Below, piece by piece: positions 1-8,781 of a DNA stretch of 20,000 nucleotides (positions are counted from its first letter, which is position 1; every line of letters begins with the position of its first letter). Below the pieces are notes generated by a model. The model did no database searches. It saw nothing but the letters and a program-made list of their open reading frames with translations, and was not told the origin of the DNA. Location of the stretch: positions 56,916 through 76,915 of the IMG/VR virus record IMGVR_UViG_3300025676_000011; one strand, 5' to 3'. The translations under genes and the position numbers were made by a program. Origin of the DNA: an uncultured virus (IMG/VR IMGVR_UViG_3300025676_000011) (taxonomy: Duplodnaviria > Heunggongvirae > Uroviricota > Caudoviricetes).

Positions 1-6
1 TATTAA

Positions 7-1065
7 ATGAAAAATAGTGTGGATAAACAGTATATAGATTTTCTAAAATATATACTTGAAAATGGTGAATTAAAAGAAGATAGAACCGGAACCGGAACCA
101 TTTCAATATTTGATTATTCAATGACATTTGATATGTCAGAGGGTTTTCCGTTATTAACTTCTAAGAAAGTTTTTACAAAAGCTGTAATACACGAGCTAAT
201 ATGGTTTTTGAGAGGTGATACAAATATAAAATATCTTGTCGATAATGGTGTTAATATTTGGAATGGTGATGCCTTTAAGAATTATATGAAGAATTCTAGT
301 GAATTTAAGGGTGATTGGCCAGATACTATGATTGATTTTATTGATAGGGTTAAATCTGATGGTGAATTTGCTAAGAAATGGGGAGATTTAGGCCCTGTTT
401 ATGGTAAACAATGGAGAAACTGGAAAGGTTATAAGAAAGTTGTTAATGGTTGGGAACATAATTCTCCTTCTAGTTGGAAGGACGTTCCTCAGGTAGACCA
501 AATAGCCGATTTAATAAGAGACCTTAAAAATAATCCAGATTCTAGAAGGCTTATGGTCAGTGCTTGGAATCCTGGAGAGCTTGATAAGATGGTTTTACCA
601 CCTTGTCATTATGGGTTTCAGTGTTATACTAATAAAATGACACACGATGAAAGAAGGGAATGGTGGTGTTCGTCAATAAATAAGTCTTTAATATATTCAC
701 AGGATATGACTGATGATATGTTAGATGATAGAGAAGTACCTAGAAAAAAATTGAGTCTTAAATGGAATCAAAGATCAGTGGATTCATTTTTAGGATTACC
801 ATTTAATATAGCATCATATGGTATATTATTACACCTTTTAGCTAGAGAGGTTAATATGGTTCCAAATCAATTAAAGTTTTCTGGTGGTGATTGTCATATA
901 TATACTAACCATGTTGATCAAGTAAAACAACAATTAACAAGAGAAACATTTGGTTTGTGTAAAATAGAATTAAATAACATTTCGATAGATAATTTATATT
1001 TTGATAATATCAAGATTATTAATTATGAATCATCTGGTGTTATAAAAGCACCTTTATCAAACTAA
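7..1065 (+). CDS. thyA: Thymidylate synthase
   Basis: Has DRTGTGT, GFPLLTSKK, ELIWFLRG, DLGPVYGKQWR, PDSRR, catalytic LPPCH, QRSVDSFLGLPFNIASY and GDCHIY motifs. Confidence 0.98.
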   Translation: MKNSVDKQYIDFLKYILENGELKEDRTGTGTISIFDYSMTFDMSEGFPLLTSKKVFTKAVIHELIWFLRGDTNIKYLVDNGVNIWNGDAFKNYMKNSSEFKGDWPDTMIDFIDRVKSDGEFAKKWGDLGPVYGKQWRNWKGYKKVVNGWEHNSPSSWKDVPQVDQIADLIRDLKNNPDSRRLMVSAWNPGELDKMVLPPCHYGFQCYTNKMTHDERREWWCSSINKSLIYSQDMTDDMLDDREVPRKKLSLKWNQRSVDSFLGLPFNIASYGILLHLLAREVNMVPNQLKFSGGDCHIYTNHVDQVKQQLTRETFGLCKIELNNISIDNLYFDNIKIINYESSGVIKAPLSN

Positions 1066-1110
1066 TTTATTATTAATAGATGGGTTTAAAAATTAAAATT
1101 AAAAATATAA

Positions 1111-1605
1111 ATGAGTAATTTAGCAAAACAATATGAATATTTAGAAAAACTTGTTGAACAGGTTAAAGATATGGATACTGATGAATTATCAGATGAGGTG
1201 GATAATGAATCTTCTACTAAGGTAATTGAAGAACAAAAGATATTTTTTTGGATTAGACTTTATTTAAGTGAGGAAGATCCTAATGTTAAAGTTGGTGATG
1301 ATATCACAATAGAATGGGTACATACGGGTGAGAAGTTAAAAACTAAATTTGCTGCTTATGGTAAAGAAGGTGTTAATAAAGACCAAGGTGATGAAATGAC
1401 AAATTATAACCCAGAAGATGATAAAAGAATACTTTGTTTGATGATAGATACTAAAATGATTAACTTCAATGATGATTTACCTTTTATAAGAACATTATTT
1501 AAGACTGGTTATCATTATGAGTATCAATTAGTGAAAAGAAATGATTTAACATTTACTAATGATAGAAGTGGTATTATGTTGGATTATTTTGATTGTGATT
1601 TTTAA
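1111..1605 (+). CDS. Hypothetical acidic protein
   Basis: 164-aa ORF directly after thyA with an A-rich leader; no recognisable motif. Confidence 0.8.
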   Translation: MSNLAKQYEYLEKLVEQVKDMDTDELSDEVDNESSTKVIEEQKIFFWIRLYLSEEDPNVKVGDDITIEWVHTGEKLKTKFAAYGKEGVNKDQGDEMTNYNPEDDKRILCLMIDTKMINFNDDLPFIRTLFKTGYHYEYQLVKRNDLTFTNDRSGIMLDYFDCDF

Positions 1606-1681
1606 TAAAAGTGTATTTCATACTTTATATATACTTTAATTAATTATATCCCGAAATATCAAGGAAACGAGTTTTTGGATA

Positions 1682-1690
1682 TAATATATA
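1682..1690 (+). promoter_or_regulatory. Putative late promoter motif TAATATATA
   Basis: The same 9-mer precedes several leader-peptide genes (7794-7802 on minus, 7892-7900, 15703-15711, 16362-16370). Confidence 0.5.
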
Positions 1691-1714
1691 CAGTATAAAA
1701 AATTATATTTTAAT

Positions 1715-2110
1715 ATGAAATATTTAAAGACGTTTGAAAATTACTCTCCAGTAAATGAAGAGGAAGAAGGAATAAGAAAGTTCTTTACTGGTCATGACAG
1801 TAGTGATGATAGAGATAAGGCTATGGTAGCTTTCAATAAAGCTTTAGATGATGCTGAAGAAGCTGCAAATAAAAATCCAAAGGGTTATTCGTTTAACAGA
1901 GAACGTTTAGAAAAAGAAGCTAGTGAAAATAACTATAAAGGTGGATTAAGAATCCAAAGAGGTGGTAGAAAAGACAGATCACCCGGTCAAGCATCCGCTA
2001 ATTCGAGTAGAATGTACGTTGTTTATGACGATGGTGTTACTGGATTTGTAGATGTGTTTGTAAAACCAGCAGCTGCTAATAGAAAAGATAGTGGATTTAA
2101 TAGACCATAA
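1715..2110 (+). CDS. Hypothetical protein with MKYLKTFEN leader (putative virion internal protein)
   Basis: 131-aa ORF with the shared N-terminal motif; preceded by TAATATATA and followed by a terminator. Confidence 0.8.
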   Translation: MKYLKTFENYSPVNEEEEGIRKFFTGHDSSDDRDKAMVAFNKALDDAEEAANKNPKGYSFNRERLEKEASENNYKGGLRIQRGGRKDRSPGQASANSSRMYVVYDDGVTGFVDVFVKPAAANRKDSGFNRP

Positions 2111-2131
2111 TTCATAAGGAGTTAAATAAAT

Positions 2132-2161
2132 AAAAAAAGGGACTTTTGAGTCCCTTTTTTT
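2132..2161. terminator. Bidirectional intrinsic terminator
   Basis: AAAAAAAGGGACT-TTTG-AGTCCCTTTTTTT perfect hairpin with A and T tracts, between convergent genes. Confidence 0.9.
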
Positions 2162-2170
2162 ATGCCTTTT

Positions 2171-2587
2171 TTATGATGCTGTTGATGATAAAATATTTTT
2201 ATCAATTTTATCTAGTGAGTCCATACCAGTTTCATTAATCTTATCAAGTATATCATCAATCGAAGTCGTTTCTACTCGAAAATCTTCAAATAGGTAAGGT
2301 GTTAATTTCTCTACTTCTGGATATTTTTTTTGTGTCTTACCCTTAATAACCGAATCAGTTACATCAAGAACATCAAATTCAAATCCGTATTTTGTGAAAA
2401 TATTAGCAAATGTATCAACTTTATAATCATTTAGTCTAATAAAGACATCATCATTTTCTGTGAATCCTACATATTTTACATCCTCAGGATTTAAACAATT
2501 AGTAAAGTCATTATATATTGGGTGTTTTACATCCTCAATATCGACAAGTTTCGTGAATTTTAGTAAGTAAATTTTGTTAGCTTTCAT
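2171..2587 (-). CDS. Hypothetical protein with C-terminal DUF6576-like motif
   Basis: 138 aa; C-terminal IDDILDKINETGMDSLDKIDKNIL resembles the ID.ILDKI...G..SL...EK..L motif recalled from tails of Bacteroidota rhomboid proteins. Confidence 0.7.
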   Translation of the reverse strand: MKANKIYLLKFTKLVDIEDVKHPIYNDFTNCLNPEDVKYVGFTENDDVFIRLNDYKVDTFANIFTKYGFEFDVLDVTDSVIKGKTQKKYPEVEKLTPYLFEDFRVETTSIDDILDKINETGMDSLDKIDKNILSSTAS

Positions 2588-2609
2588 AATAGTGGTTTTA
2601 ATGAATATC

Positions 2610-2650
2610 TTAATTGATATACTACAATATACGAATAATATATCAATTAA
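2610..2650. repeat. Perfect 12-bp inverted repeat with 17-nt spacer
   Basis: TTAATTGATATA (2610-2621) and TATATCAATTAA (2639-2650), just upstream of the minus-strand start at 2587. Confidence 0.8.
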
Positions 2651-2741
2651 CCTAATTTTTAGTAAGTTATTTTTAATATAATTACTTTATATATTGTCTA
2701 ATAAATATACACATATTATTTCGATAAACAAAACATTTCAT

Positions 2742-2768
2742 AACTTTTCTCTATAAATTATCTATAAT
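2742..2768 (+). promoter_or_regulatory. Putative replication-gene promoter AACTT-N16-TATAAT
   Basis: A similar arrangement lies upstream of the DinG-like, DnaB-like and nrdA genes. Confidence 0.45.
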
Positions 2769-2784
2769 AAATTAAAATAAGAAT

Positions 2785-4323
2785 ATGTTAGTCGAAACTC
2801 AATATTTAACACATAGTAAAAAATTAGTAGTAAGTTACGTTGATAAGACGGGCGATATAAAATTAAAATATTATAATTGGGATAATCCAATGAAATATGT
2901 TTCTTGTGAAGATACTGATAAGCAAAAGCATCCAAAGTTTAAATCTTGGGATGGTAAGAATGTTAAGCAAATAGAGGTTAATCACCCAGATAGATATGCT
3001 GTTTATGAATTCTTAGATGGTTTACCAGAGAGTGAGAGAGAAGAAATATTCGAATTTAATTTACCTAAAATATACTTTATTGATATTGAGACAGAAATTG
3101 TTGATGGCTTTCCAGAAGCTGCTGATATTTATAAGGAGGATGCTGATGGTAATAATATCCTTATAAAGGAGGGAGCTTGTACTAGAGTATTATCTATATC
3201 GATAGTTTATGATGATAAAATCATTCTATTGGGATTAAAGGATATGCCGGAAGATATGCAGGAAAGAATAATAACAAATACCAATGAATATTTCAAAGAT
3301 GTTGGTGGTGTAGAGTATAAATTTAAGTATGTCAAATATGAAGATGAGTTTGATATGTTATATGCTTTCTTTCATAAGATGGTTCCTAAGATGCCACTAC
3401 TAACTGGTTGGAATTTCCTTAAATATGATTGGTTGTATTTAGTTAACCGTTGTAAAAAGATATCAAAATGGGTAAATGGTAAAGAATATACCATAAATCC
3501 AAATGTTTCATCTTTAACAAAAAGATTAAATAAGAAATGGGGTACTGAATATGAAGTTCCTGCTCATAGGATGATTTTTGATTATATGCAGTTGTATGAG
3601 ATATGTGATACATCTATTAAAGTAAAGGAATCATCATCTTTAGATTTCGTTTCGAGTAAATTAGTTGGTGTTGAAAAGATTAAATACACTGGGTCGTTAC
3701 AGAAGCTATATGAGGATGACTTTGAAACATTTATGTATTATAATGCTGTCGATTCTGTATTGGTACAAAAAATACATGATTCAAGAAATTATATCTCTAT
3801 TATTTATGCGATTTCTTCATTGTCTAAAATCAGAATAGTTGATGTTGTTTCTCAAATGAATAATGCTCTTGGTTCATTAGCTATTACAGAAGGCGTTTTG
3901 AGAAACAGATTTCGTGAAATGGATAACATAGTATTATTCAAAGAAGAAAAGGGTGATGCTGAATCCACAATCGCCGGCGGATGGGTTAAGGATCCTGTCG
4001 TGGGTATGAATGAGTGGGTTGTGTGTTACGATTTTGCTTCCTTGTATCCAACTACACAAAGGCAATTTTATATATCACCAGAGAACTTTGTGGGTATCCA
4101 AGATAAAGAGGATAAGGCTAAGTGTGCTAATGGTAGACCGATTGAAGATAATATGGTCGTCTGTGTAAACGGTAGTGTTTTTGAAAAAAGATTATCACCT
4201 ACACTTAGGATGTTGGAGGATGTTTATGGTGATAGAAAGAAGAATAAGAAAATAATGATGGTTAAGAAAGAAGAACGTAAAGATATTCTTGATCAAATAG
4301 CTGAATTAGAAGGAGAGATATAA
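2785..4323 (+). CDS. polB: Family B DNA polymerase, N-terminal subunit (3'-5' exonuclease plus motif A; split gene)
   Basis: ExoI FIDIETE, ExoII GWNFLKYDWLYL, ExoIII YNAVD, GGWVKDP and motif A YDFASLYP are present. The ORF ends in a fingers helix, with no motif B (KxxxNSxYG) or motif C (YxDTD). Confidence 0.9.
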   Translation: MLVETQYLTHSKKLVVSYVDKTGDIKLKYYNWDNPMKYVSCEDTDKQKHPKFKSWDGKNVKQIEVNHPDRYAVYEFLDGLPESEREEIFEFNLPKIYFIDIETEIVDGFPEAADIYKEDADGNNILIKEGACTRVLSISIVYDDKIILLGLKDMPEDMQERIITNTNEYFKDVGGVEYKFKYVKYEDEFDMLYAFFHKMVPKMPLLTGWNFLKYDWLYLVNRCKKISKWVNGKEYTINPNVSSLTKRLNKKWGTEYEVPAHRMIFDYMQLYEICDTSIKVKESSSLDFVSSKLVGVEKIKYTGSLQKLYEDDFETFMYYNAVDSVLVQKIHDSRNYISIIYAISSLSKIRIVDVVSQMNNALGSLAITEGVLRNRFREMDNIVLFKEEKGDAESTIAGGWVKDPVVGMNEWVVCYDFASLYPTTQRQFYISPENFVGIQDKEDKAKCANGRPIEDNMVVCVNGSVFEKRLSPTLRMLEDVYGDRKKNKKIMMVKKEERKDILDQIAELEGEI

Positions 4324-4327
4324 TTAA

Positions 4328-4966
4328 TTACTTGACCTTAATAGGTTCCCAATTTAAATTTGGAAGTCTTTCTTTTATAACCTTAGTTGCTTTTCTTAAA
4401 AATTTTGAATTATCATCATAGAATATAACTTTATTAACACCAGTTTCTTTAACAAGTTCAACTATTTTGTGACCTTTCCACTCACCCGCATTTTTTATTC
4501 TGGTTGGTAACATATGTAATCCATATTTTGGATATTCAATTCCTAACTTTGATAAAACGGATATTAACTTTTCTTTTATTACTTCTGGTCTAGCTGTTAC
4601 TATACATTTATTATCCACCTTATTATATAGGTCAATTAGTGGTTTTAATTCTGTTGGTAAACTCTCATCTGTTTGTGAAAATATATTTGGAGTTACTAGA
4701 TATAATCTAGATTTTTTTCTAACCCAGTTTCCAAATTCTTTATATCTATATGTTGGGTCGTCAAGATATATGCGACCATTTTCCCATTTTAAATCTTCGA
4801 TTTTACAACCTGATCTTCTAATAGAAATATCTAATAGGTCTTTGACTGAATAACTCTCCTTTAAGTATTTTAGAGCTAGTTCCTCAAAACTAGGAGTCTC
4901 TACTAATGTATCATCAAAATCAAATACATATAAGGTATCATATTCTTCAAATCTGTTAATCCTCAT
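4328..4966 (-). CDS. HAD-superfamily phosphatase (PNKP-phosphatase-like)
   Basis: Motif I FDFDDTL, motif II IVTAR, motif III K (WKG) and motif IV FYDD; N-terminus MRINRFEEY resembles the shared leader. Confidence 0.85.
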   Translation of the reverse strand: MRINRFEEYDTLYVFDFDDTLVETPSFEELALKYLKESYSVKDLLDISIRRSGCKIEDLKWENGRIYLDDPTYRYKEFGNWVRKKSRLYLVTPNIFSQTDESLPTELKPLIDLYNKVDNKCIVTARPEVIKEKLISVLSKLGIEYPKYGLHMLPTRIKNAGEWKGHKIVELVKETGVNKVIFYDDNSKFLRKATKVIKERLPNLNWEPIKVK

Positions 4967-5135
4967 AAAGAACTTCGTTAATTATATCCGAAAGCATATC
5001 ACCAAACATAAATATACATTTATTATAAACGATTTTATCATCAGTCTCTCCTAGACCAATCAAATTTTCGATATATATTTCAATGTCTTCTTTTGTTGTG
5101 TAAGTTCCGAATTCGTCATAAAAGTGCGGTATCAT
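4956..5135 (-). CDS. Small hypothetical protein (59 aa, not in ORF track)
   Basis: Manual translation gives MIPHFYDEFGTYTTKEDIEIYIENLIGLGETDDKIVYNKCIFMFGDMLSDIINEVLYED*. It overlaps the HAD start by 11 nt and is preceded by AAATATATA (5156-5164 on minus). Confidence 0.65.
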   Translation of the reverse strand: MIPHFYDEFGTYTTKEDIEIYIENLIGLGETDDKIVYNKCIFMFGDMLSDIINEVLYED

Positions 5136-5193
5136 AAAATATTTAGGTGTTTTCTTATATATTTATATTACTTCTTAAAAAAGTACATTTTAC

Positions 5194-5219
5194 AACTAAA
5201 GTCTAAAAAAAGATATAAT
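5194..5219 (+). promoter_or_regulatory. Putative replication-gene promoter AACTA-N15-TATAAT
   Basis: Ends about 21 nt before the probable ATG at 5241; matches the motif at 2742, 8736 and 11058. Confidence 0.4.
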
Positions 5220-5240
5220 TTTTATAAAATAAATTATTCT

Positions 5241-6908
5241 ATGTCTCTAAAAAAAGATTTATCCAAATACAAACCTAGAAAAGAACAACAAGAAGCTTTA
5301 GAATTTATTGATGGTCAATTCAATGCTGATCCTCTAAAGAAATTCTTTCTACTTAATTTACCAGTTGGGACCGGTAAAAGTCACTTAGCTTTGATGATAT
5401 CAGAATGGTATCGAAAAAATGTTAACCGAACAGCTAGAGTTGATATTATAACTAACAGTAAAATATTACAAGATCAATATGCTGATACTTATAAATCAAT
5501 ATCCGATTTAAAGGGTAAAGATAATTATGAGTGTGAGCAATACTCTTGTTCTTGTGCTCAAGGTGCTGAGTTTAATAAACTTAATAAGACTACTTGTGAT
5601 TCTTGTCCATATTCAAATTCTAGAGAATCTTATATGGCTGGGGGTATTTCATTGACAAATTTCTATCTTTATATATTATACGCTATGTATAATCCTAAGA
5701 TGATGGAGAATAGAGGGGCTAGGGTATTGGTGGTCGATGAAGCTCATGATTTTGATGATGTTATGTCTGATTTTGTTTCTATTAGAATGACAGAGGGTAT
5801 AATTAAGAAATTTATGTTTAGTGACGAAAAGAATCTTATTAAGAAATTAAAAGCTGTTCGTAACATAGAACAGTATGTTTCATATCTTAGAATATTAAAT
5901 AGTGAGATACTATCAACTGTTGAGAGTATGGAAAAGGGAATTGGTTCTAAGAGTAGAAATGTTCGAGAAGATAAGAGAGATCTTAAATTAAGTAAGTTAT
6001 TTAAATCTAAAAATTCGGATGTTAAGGTAATGCAATTAGTTAATGATTTGAGACAGTATCAAGTCAAGATAGAACTTTTCTTAAAAGAGTTCAAGGAGAA
6101 TCCAAATAACTGGGTGCTTGAATCTAGATATAATGAAAAGTTAAGGCAAAAAGAGTTATCATTAGAGCCTATTTGGGCTTATGACTACTTAGATAAGTAT
6201 GTATTTAGTAATTATGATATGGTTTTTCTTATGTCTGGTACTATTTTGGATAAGAATTTATTCTGTCAGTTGAATGGTTTAGATATTAAGAAAGCAGCTT
6301 ATTACTCAATTGAGTCTCCATTTCCATTAAAGAATAGACCACTATATTATATGCCTCTTGGTAAGATGTCATATAAGAGTAAAGAGGAAACATTCAAAAG
6401 ATATATTCCATATATTAAGAAGTTATTGAGTAAGTATGAGGGTAAGAAAGGTATTATACACACCAATTCATTTGAATTAGCTAATTGGATACAGAAATCA
6501 ATAAAGGATCCAAGATTGGTTTACCATGATTCATCCAATAAAGATGAAGTTCTAAAGATGCATTTTGAGAGTGATGAACCAACAGTTATTGTTAGTCCAA
6601 GTATGGGTACTGGTGTTTCGTTTGATGATGAAAGAGCTAGATTTCAAATAATCGCTAAGGTTCCTTATCCTAGTTTAGCTTCTCAGAAGAATAAATTGAG
6701 ACAAAGTAATAACCCGGATTGGTATGCTTGGAAGACGGTTTCTGGTATAATACAGATGAGTGGTAGAGCAGTTAGGTCAAATACTGACTACTGTGATACG
6801 ATTATAATCGATGGTTCTTTTGGTGATGTTATTAAACATAGTTCACACTTCTTACCACAATGGGTACAAAGTGCGGTCAAACGTATTAATATAAAAATAG
6901 AAGCCTAA
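5241..6908 (+). CDS. DinG/XPD-family (SF2) ATP-dependent helicase with Cys cluster
   Basis: Q motif PRKEQ, Walker A PVGTGKS, Cys cluster YECEQYSCSC...CDSCPY, DEAH, MSGT, GVSF, KVPYP and motif VI QMSGRAVRS. The start is more likely ATG 5241 (MSLKKD) than the GTG at 5124. Confidence 0.9.
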   Translation: MSLKKDLSKYKPRKEQQEALEFIDGQFNADPLKKFFLLNLPVGTGKSHLALMISEWYRKNVNRTARVDIITNSKILQDQYADTYKSISDLKGKDNYECEQYSCSCAQGAEFNKLNKTTCDSCPYSNSRESYMAGGISLTNFYLYILYAMYNPKMMENRGARVLVVDEAHDFDDVMSDFVSIRMTEGIIKKFMFSDEKNLIKKLKAVRNIEQYVSYLRILNSEILSTVESMEKGIGSKSRNVREDKRDLKLSKLFKSKNSDVKVMQLVNDLRQYQVKIELFLKEFKENPNNWVLESRYNEKLRQKELSLEPIWAYDYLDKYVFSNYDMVFLMSGTILDKNLFCQLNGLDIKKAAYYSIESPFPLKNRPLYYMPLGKMSYKSKEETFKRYIPYIKKLLSKYEGKKGIIHTNSFELANWIQKSIKDPRLVYHDSSNKDEVLKMHFESDEPTVIVSPSMGTGVSFDDERARFQIIAKVPYPSLASQKNKLRQSNNPDWYAWKTVSGIIQMSGRAVRSNTDYCDTIIIDGSFGDVIKHSSHFLPQWVQSAVKRINIKIEA

Positions 6909-6937
6909 AAAAAGAGACTCGATTGAGTCTCTTTTTT
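6908..6937. terminator. Bidirectional intrinsic terminator
   Basis: AAAAAAGAGACTC-GATT-GAGTCTCTTTTTT between convergent genes. Confidence 0.9.
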
Positions 6938-6955
6938 GTTTTATATATCTGTTAA

Positions 6956-7297
6956 TTATTTCTTTTCTATTGTTACTTCATAATAAGTACCATTTCTACC
7001 ACCTACACTAAGTACTGGAAATTTCTCTTTCATTTCTTTGAGAATTTCCTCATCAAAAGGCATATATACATAAAAAGCTTCTTTACCATCATTTTTCCAT
7101 CCATCTCCATTCCAAATGAATGCTGTTTTATCTGACCCAGGATCACTTACACCCTTGAACTTTTTACCTAAATCATGACCCTCATTACCTGAGTTGATAT
7201 CTTTAACTTCTAAATCATTGTTTTGTAAGAAGGATTTAGCCATGTCAATTTCTTTAGATTCTACACTTTCGTTAAATTTTAACCAATTCTTAATCAT
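6956..7297 (-). CDS. Hypothetical protein with MIKNWLKFNES leader
   Basis: 113 aa; TAATG stop/start overlap with the upstream ORF. Confidence 0.8.
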   Translation of the reverse strand: MIKNWLKFNESVESKEIDMAKSFLQNNDLEVKDINSGNEGHDLGKKFKGVSDPGSDKTAFIWNGDGWKNDGKEAFYVYMPFDEEILKEMKEKFPVLSVGGRNGTYYEVTIEKK

Positions 7298-7770
7298 TAT
7301 TTCTTTTTCTTTTTAGCTAAGATTGCTTTTTGTAATCCAGCTGGAAGTTTCTTTTGACCCGCAGTTAATCCTTTGGTATCTACTTTATCTTCCTTCTTAT
7401 CTTCCTTCTTATCTTTAGTATCTTTCTTACCTTTAACATCTTTCTTATCATCCTTATCAACATCTTTACCTTCTTTTTTCTTACCTTTTTGTTTATCTAA
7501 GTAAGCTTTTAACCCAGCGTTCATGCCTTTTTTCTCAACTACTTGTGATTCTTCGTCACCCCAGAGTCTTATTTTTCTTTGGTTTTCTTTTTCTTCTAAA
7601 TCTTCTTCTTCTTCATCTGATACGGAACCTAACTGTCCTTCAAAATCTTCAATACCTTCAACATCATCGATTAAATCTGTATTTTCTTCTTCCGGATTGA
7701 TATCATCTTCATTATTAAATCTACCAAGATCTCTAGGATCGTAGTTTTCAAATTTCTTTAGGTATTTCAT
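7297..7770 (-). CDS. Hypothetical charge-bipartite protein with MKYLKKFEN leader
   Basis: 157 aa; acidic N-terminal half and Lys-rich C-terminal half; preceded by TAATATATA (7794-7802). Confidence 0.85.
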   Translation of the reverse strand: MKYLKKFENYDPRDLGRFNNEDDINPEEENTDLIDDVEGIEDFEGQLGSVSDEEEEDLEEKENQRKIRLWGDEESQVVEKKGMNAGLKAYLDKQKGKKKEGKDVDKDDKKDVKGKKDTKDKKEDKKEDKVDTKGLTAGQKKLPAGLQKAILAKKKKK

Positions 7771-7905
7771 ATATGTTAATATTTTTTATAACTTATATAT
7801 TAAATTATATAATGTAATTTCTTGATTTATCTTCTTTTGTTAATGTTTTTAAAAAAAAACATTTTATTTCACCTTTTTTCTAGGTGGTTTTTAATATATA
7901 TTAAT

Positions 7906-8718
7906 ATGAATAGTATAAAGAGATATGGTGAATATGTGAGTTTCGATGACATGGCCTTTGAGTTTGTTGACTCATTCCAAACGATGATAAAAGAGAATGA
8001 TGAGTTGGATGATGATGGTGATTGGAAAACACATTGGAAAAAATTTAAAAACGATTTAAAATTACACGGTGGTCTTATCGGTACATTTGGTGCTGGTATC
8101 GGTGCTTTCATACCCGTTGTTCAATCAATGATGGGTAATATGAATATATCAACCGAGGTCACTCTTGAAATTTCTGTATTACTCACTATATGTTCATTGA
8201 CTATAATTTATTTAGAAGAAAAGAAATTTAAAAATTATGAGGAAGAAGCTTTATTAACAAAAGATTCTAAATCTATGTTAGAAGAATTGAAGATGAGAGG
8301 TATTGGAAACGGCCTTGTTAAATTGGTTATCAAATCTTTTGAATCTGTGACTAATATATTTTCGGTTATTGGAAAACATTTAGGAGCTCTTGTTGGAGGT
8401 GTTATTGATATGTTTACTTATACAGCTTTAATGATTCCTGTTATGAATGGTATATTGTATTTAATTGGTAAGTATGAACTTACTCCTGAAACAGTTATTC
8501 AAAATCTTATAGGCCTTGCTGCTGGTATAGGTACATTAGTTGCTAAACATGGCATAAATTATATAATTAATAAGATTAAAGGAAAATTCAAAATAGAAAA
8601 AGGTGATGTCCTTGATGAACTCGACACACCAAAAATCCAAAAATTTAATCTTTATGGATCCGATATCGATGATATGTTTGATGATATTGAACCTATAAAC
8701 GATGAGAACTTAATTTAA
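7906..8718 (+). CDS. Hypothetical membrane protein
   Basis: Several hydrophobic Gly-rich segments (GGLIGTFGAGIGAFIPVV; ISVLLTICSLTIIYL; LIGLAAGIGTLVA). The start is more likely ATG 7906 (MNSIKRYGEY), right after TAATATATA, than the TTG at 7822. Confidence 0.75.
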   Translation: MNSIKRYGEYVSFDDMAFEFVDSFQTMIKENDELDDDGDWKTHWKKFKNDLKLHGGLIGTFGAGIGAFIPVVQSMMGNMNISTEVTLEISVLLTICSLTIIYLEEKKFKNYEEEALLTKDSKSMLEELKMRGIGNGLVKLVIKSFESVTNIFSVIGKHLGALVGGVIDMFTYTALMIPVMNGILYLIGKYELTPETVIQNLIGLAAGIGTLVAKHGINYIINKIKGKFKIEKGDVLDELDTPKIQKFNLYGSDIDDMFDDIEPINDENLI

Positions 8719-8735
8719 GATACTGGATTATTATA

Positions 8736-8761
8736 AACTTAGTTAGTTCATTTAATATAAT
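8736..8761 (+). promoter_or_regulatory. Putative replication-gene promoter AACTT-N15-TATAAT
   Basis: Ends 20 nt upstream of the helicase ATG at 8782. Confidence 0.45.
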
Positions 8762-8781
8762 ATTAAAATAAAAGATATTTA

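Noticed and set aside
630..750. Insertion in thyA as a possible intein or intron
   Set aside because: Only about 40 aa, in frame, with no splicing motifs; loop insertions are common in phage ThyA.
1643..1685. 9-bp inverted repeat ATTATATCC/GGATATAAT upstream of ORF 1715
   Set aside because: Short, AT-rich and with a long spacer; could easily be chance.
5124..5240. N-terminal extension of the DinG-like ORF from GTG 5124
   Set aside because: AT-rich intergenic-like sequence containing promoter-like motifs and overlapping the small minus-strand ORF; ATG 5241 preferred.
7523..7744. 73-aa Ser-rich ORF on the plus strand
   Set aside because: Antisense shadow of the Glu/Asp-rich gene 7297-7770.
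7822..7905. N-terminal extension of the membrane ORF from TTG 7822
   Set aside because: Poly-A/T divergent promoter region; ATG 7906 preferred.
7869..8111. 80-aa minus-strand ORF
   Set aside because: Antisense to the membrane protein gene; no independent support.
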